Positions 49,781 through 63,810 of a stretch of DNA of 64,000 nt are shown piece by piece (position 1 is the stretch's first letter; each line of letters starts with the position of its first letter). Position numbers and translations under genes: made by a program. This stretch comes from Octopus bimaculoides (Eukaryota), in the NCBI RefSeq assembly GCF_001194135.2, contig NC_068996.1, positions 53,189,297-53,253,296 on the forward strand, read 5' to 3'. The notes under the pieces are model-generated. The model saw only the letters and a program-made list of their open reading frames with translations, ran no database searches and was not told where the DNA came from.

Positions 49781-52700
49781 GTAAGTTGTGGATTGACCTT
49801 TTTTTTTAGTGATGCTGTTACTGCTGTGTTTTGCTTTATTTTGGTTTCTGCATACTCTTAACATTTACAAAGCTACTTTACCATAGTTAGTATACTGACA
49901 ATTTCCTTACTAAATATTTTTTTCTACTTTACTAATTTTGTAACAATTTTTCTAACACTGATTAAAAAAAAAAAATAATGTGAAGTTTATTTGGGGTTGG
50001 GATTAATTTTAATTTTTACTAAGTTTTGTGTTGTTGCTTGATGTAAAAGGCTTCTGCATTATTTCCTCAAGTTTCATATTTCTGTGGAAGAGATATAATA
50101 AAATAAGAAATAGTAAATGCAAAACTATACATGTATATACATATAAATAAATATATTTATATGTATATATATATATTCTTTCAAAAAGGATATTAACACT
50201 TTTTGTAATCTTGGTTAATTAATTTATTCTGCTTGTTAACTTGCCCATTTTGACTGGAGACAAACTATCTGACCTCTAAGAAGCACGCATTTAAAATGAA
50301 ATTTAGATGTAAATTTTATTTAAATATTTAATAAACTTGTTTTAGTTTGTATTTTTTCTGTTATCCACATAATCATTTAGCTGTTATTAGTAATCAAAAA
50401 TCTTATTCACAATTTATATTAATGTTCTGGTTTCTTTTTACATCAATTCTAACAAAATATTTAACATTTGTGATATTTTGTGCTTAAAAAAAAAATGTAC
50501 TTTTTAAAAAATTTAAATTTAACTGAAAAGCATTAAACCAAAATTTTAATTTTGTAAATTTTTTAAAAATTTACAATAAAAATATTGTTTATTTTTTATT
50601 ATTGTTTGGTAAATTTAATACAAAATTGTCTTACAATTATTCATATAAATTTGTAATCTGTATAGTCATTGCAGAAACACTAAATCCCTTTTAAAGAAAA
50701 TAAAGATTAAATTGAAATAACTGTTGACTTTAAACTGTAGAGAATATTAATTATCAGTTTTAATTTTAAATATTAGTTGAATACATCATTTAAAATTTTA
50801 AATAATTCTGTAATTTGGCCTTTTAATTATTGTTCAGATATGTAATTCATTATTTAACTAATCTGATTTTCATTCTTATTTAGTACAATAAAAGCTAATT
50901 TTTAACAATGTACCAATTAGGCAACTTATTATGTATGCACTATATTTACATGCTCCATTGCAAACACAAATGACCCACACTTAAGTCACTGATGACCCAC
51001 TGCTGGATAAAAAAGCCTCTTCTATAATATGCTGCTTCTTTGTCTCTTTCTGTATACTTTAACTTTCTCATAATCCTATCTCACTCTTCTGCTTCATTTC
51101 GGTTAACCTTTTTATAATTGTGTAGTTGACACCATATAGATTTGCTAAGTTCTTTTCTTCTATCCCTTCCTCTTGAATAATCTGGTTATTCAAAATAATC
51201 CACTATTTTTCCTAATCTATTTCTCTACAGTTTGCTGGTGTCATCTATTTTTTATTGCATGTTCATTCTCATTGTAAACTTTCAATATTATATAGTTGCT
51301 GTATTCTCTTGCTTTCACTGATTTAGCTAACTCCTTTGAACATGAAAGTATAAAGCATCTATACAATCTTGTATTCTCTTTGTAGTTACTTCTTCTAATA
51401 ATTAATACAAATTCAGTTTTTGCAGAGGTTTGTTTCTATTTTAAGCTATTAAACAATTTAAGTAGTTCTTTTGTTTTTAGACTATCAAATATCTGGGATT
51501 ATTTTATGTTGTGGTTCAAGTATTTGAAATGTGTTTTGAATCCACCAAAATATCAGTGTATTGTCTATACATTTGGAATTATTTTAGTTAGGGATAACGA
51601 AAAATTTTAATGTTTAGAAAACTAATTTTTAGTTGTGCATAGAACAAAGCAGTTATAAATTCTTAATGGTATGAGAGTAACTAAGTTTAAAGAATTTGGT
51701 ATCCTTTCTAATGTGAGTATGGAGTAGACTAGCTGCTAATCGGATATAGTTGCATTATTGGCTTGATTACATAGTTATAGCACAAATCTGGTATGTAGGA
51801 TGAAAAGTTAAAAAGTAGAAATTTACAACTTTGTAGTTAAAAGCAATGAGCAATAGATAAAAGTTTATGAAGCTAGAATATAGGTTAAATCATGTTATGA
51901 TTTCAATTTTGTGATAAGTCCAGTTTCTATTTTATTCACTAATATGTTCCTACAATATAATTTATGGAATTAGTCTTCATATATTTTATGCTTTTAATTG
52001 TTAATGTTTTTCTTACCTCAGTTTATCTTTCACGTTTGTGGATATGTGCATAAGAGGATTTGATTATTTTCTTAAGAGAACAAATCTTACCCATTGTAGT
52101 GAGCATTTTTCGGATAGGAGATCCCATTATATATTGGAAATTGGTGCTTAATAGCAACTGATATCTTAGGAGCCCCATGTAACACCATTCTAATATGAAA
52201 CTGATGTTTTTTATGCTGTTTTACTTAGAATATTTCTTTGGAATTGATAAGTAGATCATACGTATTAATCAAATGTTTTATGTTTAACTTTTCATTATTT
52301 AAATTAAATACTTTTCAAGTTTTAATTGCTTATGTGGCTTGTAAGTTTTTATTATGTAGAAAAAAAAATTGTTTGAAAAGTTGTTTACATTTTGTCTATC
52401 TTTTTATTATTTCAATATAAATTATTCATCTAAATTATATTTATAGAATACAAATTTATTGGGTGGTTTTTGTGAAGTTTAATGACTGTTTGTTGTTAAG
52501 AATTAGTGTTATATTAAAAGATATTGTCTATTTCATGATTTTTTACTTAGAATAGCTTAGCATTTAAACTACTTGTTTGTTTGCTGGGGGTGCTTTTGAA
52601 ATAGATAATTGTATTTCTATCATTATTATCATTTTGAACATTATTCTAAATGGTGTTTTTGTTTTAATTATGTCTTGATATCTGCTGTCAATTTTGTATT

Positions 52701-53108
52701 TCGGAGTAGAGCTTTCACTGTTGTCTGCAGTTTATGTTGTGTGTTATTGTTTTTTTGTAGGAATAATTACTCTTTTTTTTTTTTTTTTTTAATTATTTCT
52801 GCTGGTTTCTATTATTCTTATTTTTATTTAAGATATATTGCTTCTGTCTTTCATTTTGTGAAGAATATATATATATATAAGAGTTTTCTTTGTGCATAAT
52901 TTTCTGTATTGTATTTTATTTCAATTTCGAAGGCTGTTTGTGTTCTTCTTCTTTAGCTGTTCTTTATCATCTTGTTGTAGTGTCCTTGTTGTTAGTACAT
53001 CGTTCAATGTCCTGTCAATGTCTCCTCAGTGGTCTTCACTACCGCACACACTCTGACCCCAACATTCGTTGATATATTCACTTGCAGCCGTCAGTCTGTG
53101 TCTTTCAG

Positions 53109-53240
53109 TGAGGCACCTCTGCCCACAGTGGAAGTCGCTATTCGCAACCAAAATGAAGCTGATCAATGGTGTCCATTCCTGGAGACGCTCACTGATGCAG
53201 AAATGGAGAAGAAAATAAGGGATCAGGATCGTAATACCAG
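53109..53240 (+). CDS. SMARCB1: SMARCB1 exon 9 (followed by a GC donor)
   Basis: CAG acceptor; [43 protein letters not shown](R); 132 nt. The frame is preserved only with AG|GCATGT as donor. Confidence 0.93.
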
Positions 53241-53464
53241 GCATGTATTTACTTTCCCCTTCAATACGTCCCCAAACTTGGGTTTTTCTTTCTTTTTTTT
53301 CTTGTAGAGTTACAGTGAAACCAATAAAAAGATGCTGACATTCCAGAAAGTTGGATTGGGTTTTGTCTTTGAAAAAGAAAACATTTTCTTTGTTTCAGAC
53401 TTAATATACATTTGCACATTTACAATTACTCTAGATATTAATGAAATTCTTTTTTCTTTCGTAG

Positions 53465-53504
53465 GAGAATGCGACGACTTGCAAACACTGCACCATCCTG
53501 GTGA
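53465..53504 (+). CDS. SMARCB1: SMARCB1 exon 10 (stop)
   Basis: TAG acceptor; (R)RMRRLANTAPSW then TGA TAA. Joined CDS is 1119 nt = 372 aa + stop. Candidate AATAAA at 53898-53903. Confidence 0.94.
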
Positions 53505-54912
53505 TAAGGAATTCATTACTTAGTGTCATTATTCTATCGGGAAAGGAAAAAAAAGGAGCCAGAAAATACTGAAAGAATTCCTGTATTTTCCAGCAACTCT
53601 CAAGTCCTTTTATGAGAAGATGAAATGAACCTGTTACTTCTTTTATAGTCTCAGGAAATATAAATCTGATAATGTGAGAAGAGTTCATGAATTGGTTGTG
53701 TTTCAAGAAAATACATCACTAGATGTGAGGACAACTTTAGGAAAGAAAAATACCTAAAAACCAATGTAATTCCTTGTTAACATGTAAGATATTTTTCAGT
53801 GAATTCAAATCAGATGTCATTACTGTTTAGGCATTACACTATGCAAATCATTTCATTTCATAAGGATTGTATTCATCAAAGCCCGAATTTATATTTAAAT
53901 AAAATTCATTTACTAATCTCATACATACATTGAAAATCTTGAAATATAAAATTGCATCAAAAATTGAATGACTTGAATTTTTATTTGTTTAAAACCTGAA
54001 GAAAATTATATTAGCAGTAAAACAGTCTTATAGTTGTTAGGAAGAGATGTTTGATATGTTACATGCATTGACTAAGTTCAGATGGTACTTTTTACATGCC
54101 TCCAGCACAGGGAGCCAGTCAGGTGGCACTGGCAACGACCCATGCATGAATGGCTCTTATTGCGTATATATACTCCTCACACACACACCTTATATGTGCA
54201 GGCATGGCTGTGTGGTTAATGATTGAGAAGCTTGCTTCTCTACCATGAGGTTTTGGGTTCAGTCCAGCAACACAGCACCTTAGGCAAGTGTCTTTTACTA
54301 AACCCTAAGGTTGACCTAAACCTTGTGAATAGTGCTGATAAACTGAAACTGAAGGAAGTCTGTTTTGTGTGTGTGTAAGTTATGGCACAGACATAATGAT
54401 TTTGAAGTTTGCTTCTTGACCACATGGTTTCTGGTTCAGTTCCACTGTGTGAGACCTTGGGCAGGTTGAGTAATTCTTTGCGAATGAATTTGGCCGACAG
54501 AAATTGTATGAGACCCTATATGTGTGTATTTGTGCAAATGTTTTGTACTTTGTGGGTTGAACTACATTTTCCTGTCAACAAATCATCTGCTGATTCTGTG
54601 CTTTCAAAGATGTGTGGAATAAAAGATTACTTGCACGAAAAACAAAGGTTGGAAACATTAAGGATGTCTAGCTTCAAAACAATGCCTCAGTAATGTATAT
54701 TTTGCCTGAGAGATATTTGAGTTAAGTCCATCTTTTAAACTCTTATTTAAAATATTTTATCAAAGATCTGTGAGCAAAGAATCTAATTCTAAAATGTAAG
54801 CAGTTAAGTAACTAAGGAAAGTATTATTGCAAATACAACCCTATCTCATTACAAGATACATAATGTATAGTGAATCATTTTATTCTTTGCAAGGAGGCGA
54901 GGAACAATAATT

Positions 54913-55130
54913 TACAAGGGTGTGGCTGAAAAGTTCCTGGCTTTAAGGGTATCAAGAAAGGCCTGGTTGGAAGCCCAACCATCCAAGTTCTTTTACAGGG
55001 CTTAGAAAAACTGAAGGACCACTGCAATAAGTGTGTTAATCTGAGAGGGGAATATGTTGAATAAAATCATAATTGATCCTCTTGCATTTTCTTTAACCCA
55101 ACACCAGGAACTTTTCACCACCCCCTCGTA
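54913..55130. mobile_element. Mariner-derived MITE
   Basis: TIRs, TA TSD; same family as 11263-11481. Confidence 0.85.
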
Positions 55131-56287
55131 ACTCTTTAACATTCGGATTACTTTGTCAAATGCAATGCTTATTTATCCCTATTGTATTGAATTAATCGTG
55201 CATTATCTCATAGCTTTGAGGTTTCAATGATGTAATAAGTTTACTTTTAGAATGATATTGTAGGGTAGGTGTGAGAGGCTTGATCTGGTCAGTTTGGTCA
55301 CAAAAGAATTAGGTTGGTTTGAATGCAAAAGTTACTGGCCATTTTTCTTAATAAGTAAACTCAAATCATTTTACATTTCCCTTTTCCCTTTCACCTTAGT
55401 GGCAAGCACTCTGTTCATTTCTGTATGTTCTGAGTTCAAATTCAGCTGCGATCGACTTTGCCTTTCATCCTTTTGGGGGGTCGATAAAACAAGTACCAGT
55501 CATGCACTGGATCAATGAAATCGACTGTCCCTCCTCCCCTAAATTTCAGTCCTTGTGCCTGTAGTAGAAAGGATTATTATTATTAGTGTTAATTAGCTGG
55601 GTTATTTTTTTCTTGCCTAGTGTTTAAAAGCAAATCATCTTAACAACCTAATTACATATTTTCATTAATATCAAATAGCTGATTAATTCTTGGTAGTATC
55701 TAATGGTATTTACTACGTTTACAATCCTGTTCATTTCTCACTTCCACCTCCATGACATCTGTATCCCCCCCCCCCATCCATACGTAGCCACTATATTCAA
55801 TAAAGTGATAACATTTACGGTGGTGCCAGTTTTCTGTAGCTATTGTAATTGTTGAGTATATAAACAGATTGGCTGCTTATTCTCTGGAATTGGTCAGATT
55901 GATGGAGACACCTCTGATGAAAACAAAGTTTGAAAATCAAAGTCAATCTTTTTTTTTTTTTTTTTAATCTGCAGAGAAATAACTAAATTAGGTTTGTTTA
56001 TTTATCCACCAAATATAATGATTTGTTGACCTGCTACACTAACTTCAAGAAACCAATCAACCATTTGATCACTTATCAATCTGGTGGGAACACCATCTTC
56101 ATAGACTACATTCTCTCTAGAAATAGAGATAAGTTAATGTGAAGTCATTCCTTGTAAGACTGAACATAGTTTAGTGGTTAGTGACTTCAGATTTAGACCT
56201 AAAAGGATTCATAGACACAAACCAGTTTTGTAAAGGAAAAGCTGAAACACAAAGATCCAGTGAGCAGTCAGAAATTTAGAGAAATAC

Positions 56288-56673
56288 TACTCTTTTACAC
56301 TTTTACTTGTTTCAGTCATTTGACTGTGGCCATGCTGGAGCACCGCCTTTAGTCGAGCAAATCAACCCCAGGACTTATTCTTTGGATGCCTAGTACCTAT
56401 TCTATCGCTCTCTTTTGCCGAATTGCTAAGTTACAGGGACGTAAACACACCACCATCGGTTGTCAAGCGATGTAGGGGGGAAAAACACAGACACACAAAC
56501 ATATACACGCACATACATATATATATATATATACAACGGGCTTCTTTCAGTTTCCGTCTACCAAATCCACTCACAAGGCTTTGGTCAGCCCAAGGCTATA
56601 GTAGAAGACACTTGCCCAAGGTGCCATGTGGTTGGTAAGCAAGCTACTTACCACACAGCCACTTCTGCACCTA
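56288..56673 (-). mobile_element. SINE family 3
   Basis: Reverse-complement match to 23479-23855 with a small head deletion. Confidence 0.85.
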
Positions 56674-56689
56674 CTAGTTGAAGTATTAC

Positions 56690-57220
56690 AAGAAAAGGAA
56701 GTGGAAATAGAAGCAGATAGCATGGAGGAAAACTGGAAGTTCCTGCAAGACAATCTACTGAAGGCTACAGACTGAACTTGTGGCAGGAACAAAGTTTCAA
56801 TCGGACTAAGTTCGATGTGATGGTGGAACTGAGATGGGCTTGGAAAGATTGGAAGAATAGAGGTAGAGAGAAGAGAAGCAAGGTAAGATTTGCTTAGAAA
56901 GCGAAGAGGTTTGCCAATATTCTACAGTATGAGGTTCAGAAATCTGAAGCGTTCAAGATTACCAAGCAGTGTAATCAAGATGTGGGAGAGAAGTGTGTAT
57001 GGATGCACAATGATATGTTTTGGTGACTCTGTAAAAGAGGCATGACAATGCTACTATGAAACGTTATTAAATGTGGAGAATGCACGGAAGAAAGCCTTGC
57101 TATTGTGAACTTGATGGAGACACCAGGTATTCTAGTTGACAGCAGTTAAAGATATTAAGGCAGAGAAAGCCCCTAATCTATCAGGAATTATCACTGAGAT
57201 ACATAAAGCATCTGGGTGAA
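56690..57220 (+). mobile_element. Decayed RTE ORF2 fragment (region between APE and RT)
   Basis: EENWKFLQDNLLKATD, WWN, KQCNQDVGEKCV, LLNVEN motifs with stops. Confidence 0.6.
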
Positions 57221-59403
57221 GGAACATCTGTTTAACATTTTAGTTTAGCTAAGGCTGAGAATTGAAGAGCAAATTGGATTGCTTTTGTCAAGTAAAATAC
57301 TCTTTCGAAATCGCTTTGCTCACCATACATTCTCAAAACAAATCTGCTATCCTTTACAGTAAAGAAACAATACTATTGTTGAGATTTACATAATGCCAGT
57401 GATCTTTTTTTCGTTAGAGATTTATATGCCCTAATATTAGACTATTTTCTATAGACAATATATGGTGAAAGTTTATAATTATCTTTCTAAAATTATCAGT
57501 ATTCAATTTCATTCTGTCCACATTCTTATGGGTTTTTATTTTTGGCATATTGAGCTTGATAACTATCTGCTTGACTTTTGTCTTCATTAGAGAAGATGAC
57601 CAATTTGTTGTTAATAATAAACAATTATTAACTTCCTAATCTCCATTTTCTTTTAAATGGATATAAACTACATATATATACACACACACATATATTGTAC
57701 ATTCCCTTAAGCAACAACACAATTAGTCTGGATAGTAAACTAGATGTCAGACAGCCAAGCTTATGCCAAGCACAAGAACAACAATTCTTGCAGATTCTAT
57801 AATTTCTTTAGTGGAGAACCACAAGAATCACCCTCTCATTTTGCACTCGTTATTTCAGCCTATAACCTAATGACATTTTCATACTCCACACAAAACATAC
57901 AGTCTCACACAATGATGACATTACAATCTTCCTGCAGTTTTCCAGACACTTGCTGTATAAATACTCCAACTACATTTTAAGTCACCTAACCTGGCTCCAC
58001 GATTTATAACCTCTCTTCTTAACCTGCAACACTAAAGAGCATGAAATACAACCAACCATCACACTCACATTCTTGGAGAGACAGAGACAAAATACAAAAC
58101 CTTTAAGAATCATATGATCCCTCAACAACATTCACAGCAGACTGAAATGACATTGTACAAGTAAAACAAGAATACTTAGAGCAAACAATGATCCATTGGA
58201 TCTATTTTTGACCCAACCAGTCTTACCTGGAACCCAATCTTTCTATAAGAAACCACAATAAACTATGAAGAACATAAAGCAGTGCACTATACATCGCAAC
58301 AGGTTGTAAATAGAATTACTCAAAAATGTAAGAGTAATTGTGTAAGAGGATCACAATTTGATGTTGCAGCAAACCTTTAGCAATACCGTTAGGTTCTGGT
58401 ACTATACAAAGAAAAACTACCTCCAAATACACACAAACATGTATGTCACTTCAGTGCATTACTACGACATCCTGAAAACACTATCTCCCTGACTCAGTCC
58501 TGGCAAGCACAAAGGACATGTACACAACTGTGACAGCCAATAACTTCATTTGATCCAAACATATTTGGAAGTACAACACCAGTCATAATTGCAGAGGAAC
58601 TGTAACAGTTGTGCTCTGAGTTCACTTTGTTTACCCCCCACCACGGTGGTTTCATAAGAATAGACGAGACAGTGAAGGTGCAATGTATCCAGATTGATAA
58701 TACACTGCATCTAATACCTTCATTGTAGTATGTTAGCATGGATAGTTTGATCCTCAGCTAGATGGATATGTCGTACAAATGGGAAGATTGGATTGGTGGA
58801 TCTGTTTTGGCTAACAACCTGCATGCCACAGACATACCCTAGCTGGTATGACCTGGGATTACACAACAGTAATACTTCAACTAAAGAGTTTTTAAGGTGA
58901 TAGGAAGGTATATTTAATGCTTGTTAATATATCAAACTCTCTCTCTCTCTCATTTGACTTTTTATTTAATGTCTAAAGTAATTTCTGTAAAAATGATTCT
59001 TGAACAGAAATTACTATCAACTTTGATTTTTTATACTCAACTCCTTGAAAAAGATTTAGGAAAAAAACCTGATTGACAATCCAATTGATTATCAGTCATT
59101 ATTATAGGAAATAAAAAGGCAGATTGTTTAGCATACCAGCCAAAATGCTTAGCAGCATTTCACCCATCTTAATGTTCTGAGTTCAGATTCCATCAAGGTC
59201 AACTTTATCTTTCATCCTTTTAGGGTCAATAGAATATGTATCGGTTGGGCACTGGGGTTGATGTAATTGACTCCTCCAACTCCTTTAAAGTTGCTGGCCT
59301 TGTGCCAAAATTTAAAACCATCATTATGGGAAATAAAGATACCACCTCTTGTATAAACCAAAGTCTATGCAGGAGAATCTCTTTTGCAATATAGTCTAAG
59401 TTA

Positions 59404-60654
59404 TATTGGGTTGGCAACTAAGTTCCCCCCGTCTTTTTCAAATTTAAATTTTTAAAAAGGTTTAATAAAAAATAACAACTAATTAATCAATAATGTATTC
59501 ATCCTTGTTTACGAATTCCCAACGTTCAACAAGATTTTCAATACCCTGTTGATAGAAATCATTTGATTTTGAGTCGAAAAATTGATCCAACCAAGCTCTC
59601 AATTCTGCATCAGTATTGAACGAAACTCCGTGCATAGCATTTGGAAGAGATCGAAAGAGGTGGAAATCTGTTGGTGCCAAATCAGGAGAGTACGGTGGGT
59701 GTGGCAGCACTTCCCAGTCATGCGTTTAAATGGCTTCTTTGGTCATATTGGCAATATGAGGGAGGGTGTTGTCATGCAGAAGAACTCCATGCTGCCGATT
59801 AGGTCTTTTCTCTTGAATAGCCGTGTTGAATCATTCCATCTGTTGAACATAGAGTTCCGCGTTGACTGTTTGGCTCCGTTCAAGCAATTTGTAATGGATA
59901 ATCCCTTCCCAGTCCCACCATACACACAACATCATTTTACGCAGATAAAGATCTTGTTTCATGTGCGGTGTCGCTTGTTTACCAGAGCTAAGCCATTCCT
60001 TACGCTGCTTCATATTGATGTACAGGCACCATTTTTTGTTGCCAGTAATGATTTGGTAAAGAAATTGTTGTTTGTGTCCATGAGTTGAGCGGTGATGAGC
60101 AAGCAAACCAGAAGAGATTGTGGCTCGCTGATTTTTGTTGTTATTACTTAAAGCATGCGGAACCCATGCTCCATACTTCTGAACCTTTCCCATCAAGTGA
60201 AGATGCTTCTCTATAGCAGTGTGGGAGCATTCCACTTTCTCTGCCAGTTCCTTTGTCGTTTGACAAGAATTTTTGTGCAAAAATTGGTTTAATCACTCTC
60301 CATTGAACTCAACTGGACGGCCAGAACGAGGTGCGTCTTTGAGGTCAAAATTTCCATTTTTGAACTTGGCATACCAATCACGAGTGGTTCTTTCAGCTAT
60401 GGCACCCTCTCCATACACAGCACAAATGTCGTGAGCAGCTTTTGCGGCCTTAGAACCTTGATTAAAAGCAAAAAGAAAGAGGTGTCAAAAAATGCTCGCT
60501 TTTCTTAACTTGACATTCCATTTTAATGATTTGGACATACACAAAAATTAACTAGAAAAAAAATAAATTCCAAAATGATTCAAAAATAGAATTCTTGAAA
60601 AAAATACATTTCAAAATTTAAAAAAATGGCAGGAACTTAGTTGCCAACCTAATA
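59404..60654 (-). mobile_element. Full-length (~1.25 kb) mariner with pseudogenised transposase
   Basis: TIRs TTGGGTTGGCAACTAAGTTCC / GGAACTTAGTTGCCAACCTAA with TA TSD; WVPHAL, ITGNKKW (first catalytic D is N), HDN, YSPDLAPTDFHLF; frameshifts and stops. Confidence 0.93.
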
Positions 60655-61443
60655 TAACCCCATTAAATGATATATTTCTGTCTCATGAACACAAACTCAT
60701 CATGTGAATTTCTTAAACCTTCATCATCATCTTTTAACATCTGCCTTCCAAGCTGGCATGGGTTGGACAGCACAAAAATGGATCTAATGGGTCAGAGGAT
60801 TGCATCATGTCTAGTTTGGCACACTTTCTATGGCTGGATCCCCTTCCTAATGTCAACCACTTTACAGAGTATACTAGGTGCTTCTTTCCATTAGTGAGAC
60901 TGCATGTAGCTTACAAGACTAAGATTCCATTTACCAATTGGGACTGCAGCAGAGAGAGAACACTTTATGCAAGGTAATGAAAGGTCAGAGAGAAGAGAAT
61001 GGAACGAGTTTCTTGTTGTAAAAGAGATTCATGGCTAATTGCATTATACAAGAGTGGGTGAGAGTGTATAGGGTGGAGCTGGAAAGAGAGATAAAGACGG
61101 AGGTGACAAGGTGTCATCTGGTACCTCAAAGTGTAAGAAGGTGTATAGAAGTGAGTAAGGATAAAAGAACAGGAAGGGTAGAAATTGCTGGAATGTATGG
61201 TGAGAGTTGAGGTGGGAGAGTAGTCAATGATGAAAATGAGTTGGAGAGAAGGTAGGTAATGACTCTGAAATTGGATTGAGGGATGGATGTTGTAAATGAT
61301 GATCAAGGGTGGAGGAATGATCAATGATACAAGGGAGAGTAAGTGATGACTGGCAGAAATGGGCAAAAAGTAACAGAACACTAATCCCTGAAAAATTAAA
61401 TGCTTTTCCTTGCACGCATGACTGCAAATATTAAGGCTCGTTG

Positions 61444-61752
61444 AAGTGGTTCCCAAACTTTTGCAGGCTGCTGCCCCTTTGGCACTCAAGCCACATTCCT
61501 AGCCCCCCACCCACCCACCTCCTCACTCAGTACCACAAACATAGATCACTTTCTGTAGCAAATTCAAATCAATATTTCACAAATAAAACTTAATCTAATA
61601 AACCCATTATTTTTTCGGAGGGGTGGGGATGGGGTTACATCCATCGCCCCCTCCCTTTGGCCACCCTATTATTGCCCCACTTTACTTCACCCCCCCCTCT
61701 TGATCTTTCTGCTGCCCATGGGGTGCAGTACCACCCATTTTGGGAACCACAG
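61444..61752. mobile_element. hAT-like MITE
   Basis: Termini AGTGGTTCCCAAA / TTTGGGAACCAC. Confidence 0.65.
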
Positions 61753-62597
61753 GTTTAAGTAGCAATGCATGAAATTAGGTAAAGCGCAGGTAAATTTACA
61801 ATTAAATTTGTATATGATTAAATATTACAATCCTTCTGCAATAGCAGTTTGCCTTACAGGACTAAATGATTTAGACAGAACATCAGCAAAATGAGCATGA
61901 TGATCAAAGCCATGTTTATCAAGTGTTTGTATGAGTCTAGAAATAGATGTGCCATGAATAATTATTTAGAATGTAGAGATATTCTGCTGATATTCAACTG
62001 AGTTGAATCACACGTCTGATGGTGTTAGCTCACTGGCTCAACATTCTATTTATACTGATTGATATTAAGCAACCACAACGACGACCATCATTAACCGAAC
62101 CTGGCTTTCCAACTTGCTTAACATCATCTCAATCATAAGCCAAGTGAGACCGTAACCGTGGCCTATGCCAGTGTTGCATAACCAGCCCATTTAAGAGTAC
62201 CCTTCACTCATTGGGCAATAAATTGCGCTTGTGAAGACCTGCTGAGTCAAGTGAAATCATTGTCATGGCCGATGACAGTACTGCCTGATTGGCACCCATG
62301 CTGGTGGCACCATTCAAGTGTAGTCGTTGCCAGTGCCACCTGACTGGCCACCGTGTTGGTGGCATGTAAAAAGCACCCACTATACTCTCAGAGTGGTTGG
62401 CATTAGGAAGAGCATCCAGCTGTAGAAACTTTGCCAGATCAGATTGGAGCCTGGTGCAGCCTTCTGGCTTGCCAGCTCTCAGTCAAACCGTCCAACCCAT
62501 ACCAGCAAGGAAAGCAGACGTTAAATGATGACGATGATGTTAAAGAGATAACTTCTGAATTCTTCCATTGTTGAAGAACAGAAATTTGGATATTTGT

Positions 62598-62790
62598 GGC
62601 CTTAGAACCTTGATTAAAAGCAAAAAGAAGGAGGTGTTGAAAATGCTCGTTTTTCTTAACTTGACATTCCATTTTAATGATCTAAAAATTAACCAAAATT
62701 AACTAGAAAAAAATCAAAATAGATTCCANNNNNNNNNNTAAATTCTAAAATTAAAAAAAAATAGCGGGAACTTAGTTGCCAACCCAATAT
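62598..62790 (-). mobile_element. 5' fragment of the same mariner family
   Basis: TIR GGAACTTAGTTGCCAACCCAATA and MECQVKKNEHFQHLLLFAFNQGSKA. Confidence 0.85.
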
Positions 62791-63361
62791 ATATAATATA
62801 TTATATATATATATGCGTTTTCTGTGATTATTTGTTAAGTGGTGCTGAATATTTTATAAGCTTAAATCTTATAAACAATCACTGTGCATTGACTCATATT
62901 GGGGCATATAAGCCCTTAACGGAAAAAAAGAAAAGTAGGGTTTGCCATATCCTCTGTCATCGCTTGACAACTGATGCTGGTGTGTTTATGTCATTGTAAC
63001 TTAGTAGTTTGGCAAAAGTGGCTGATAGAATAAGTCCTGGGGTCAATTTCTTTGACTATAACCCTTTAAGGCAGTGCTCCAGCATGGCTGTAGTCAAATG
63101 ACTGAAATATATAAAGGAATATCTTTAGATGTCTCTTTTACTTGTTTCAGTCATTTGACTGTGGCCATGCTGGAGCACCGCTTTTAGTCAAATAAATCAA
63201 ACCCAGGACTTATTCTTTGGAAGCCTAGTACTTATTCTATCAGTCTCTTTTGCTGAACCGCTAAGTTATGGGGGCGTAAACACACCACCATTGGTTGTCA
63301 AGCGATGGTGGGGGGACAAACACAGACACACAAACACATATATATATACGACAGGCTTGTG

Positions 63362-63395
<34 letters not shown>

Positions 63396-63596
63396 CAAAC
63401 ACAAACACACAGTCTTCATACATATAATCTTTATGTATAATTTTAATAGCCTATGCCAAGCTACCAAACAAAAAGCCAGCTAAATGGATAAGGAACATTT
63501 GGAAGTTAAAGGGACTACATACTATAAAAGGTCATTTACTTATGTTAAACACTGCTTAACTACAAAGTGCCATGTAGAAACATACTCTTATAGTAA

Positions 63597-63810
63597 GCTG
63601 GCAGGCAGAATCATTCGGACGCCAAAGCAAATGGTTTGCGGCATTTAGTCCCTCTTTATGCTCGGAGTTCAAATTCTACCAAGGTTAACTTTGTCTTTCA
63701 TCCTTTTGGAGTCGATAAAATAAGTACCAGTTGAACACTGGAGGTCCATGTAATTGATTAATCCCCTTCTCCGAAATTGCAGGCCTTGTGCAAAAATTTG
63801 AAATTATTAA
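63597..63810 (+). mobile_element. tRNA-derived SINE, family 2
   Basis: Similar head and central domain. Confidence 0.7.

Noticed and set aside
55907-55950. CTGATGA-AAAC-AAA-GTTT-GAAA hammerhead-like core
   Set aside because: Stem II forms, but stems I and III do not pair.
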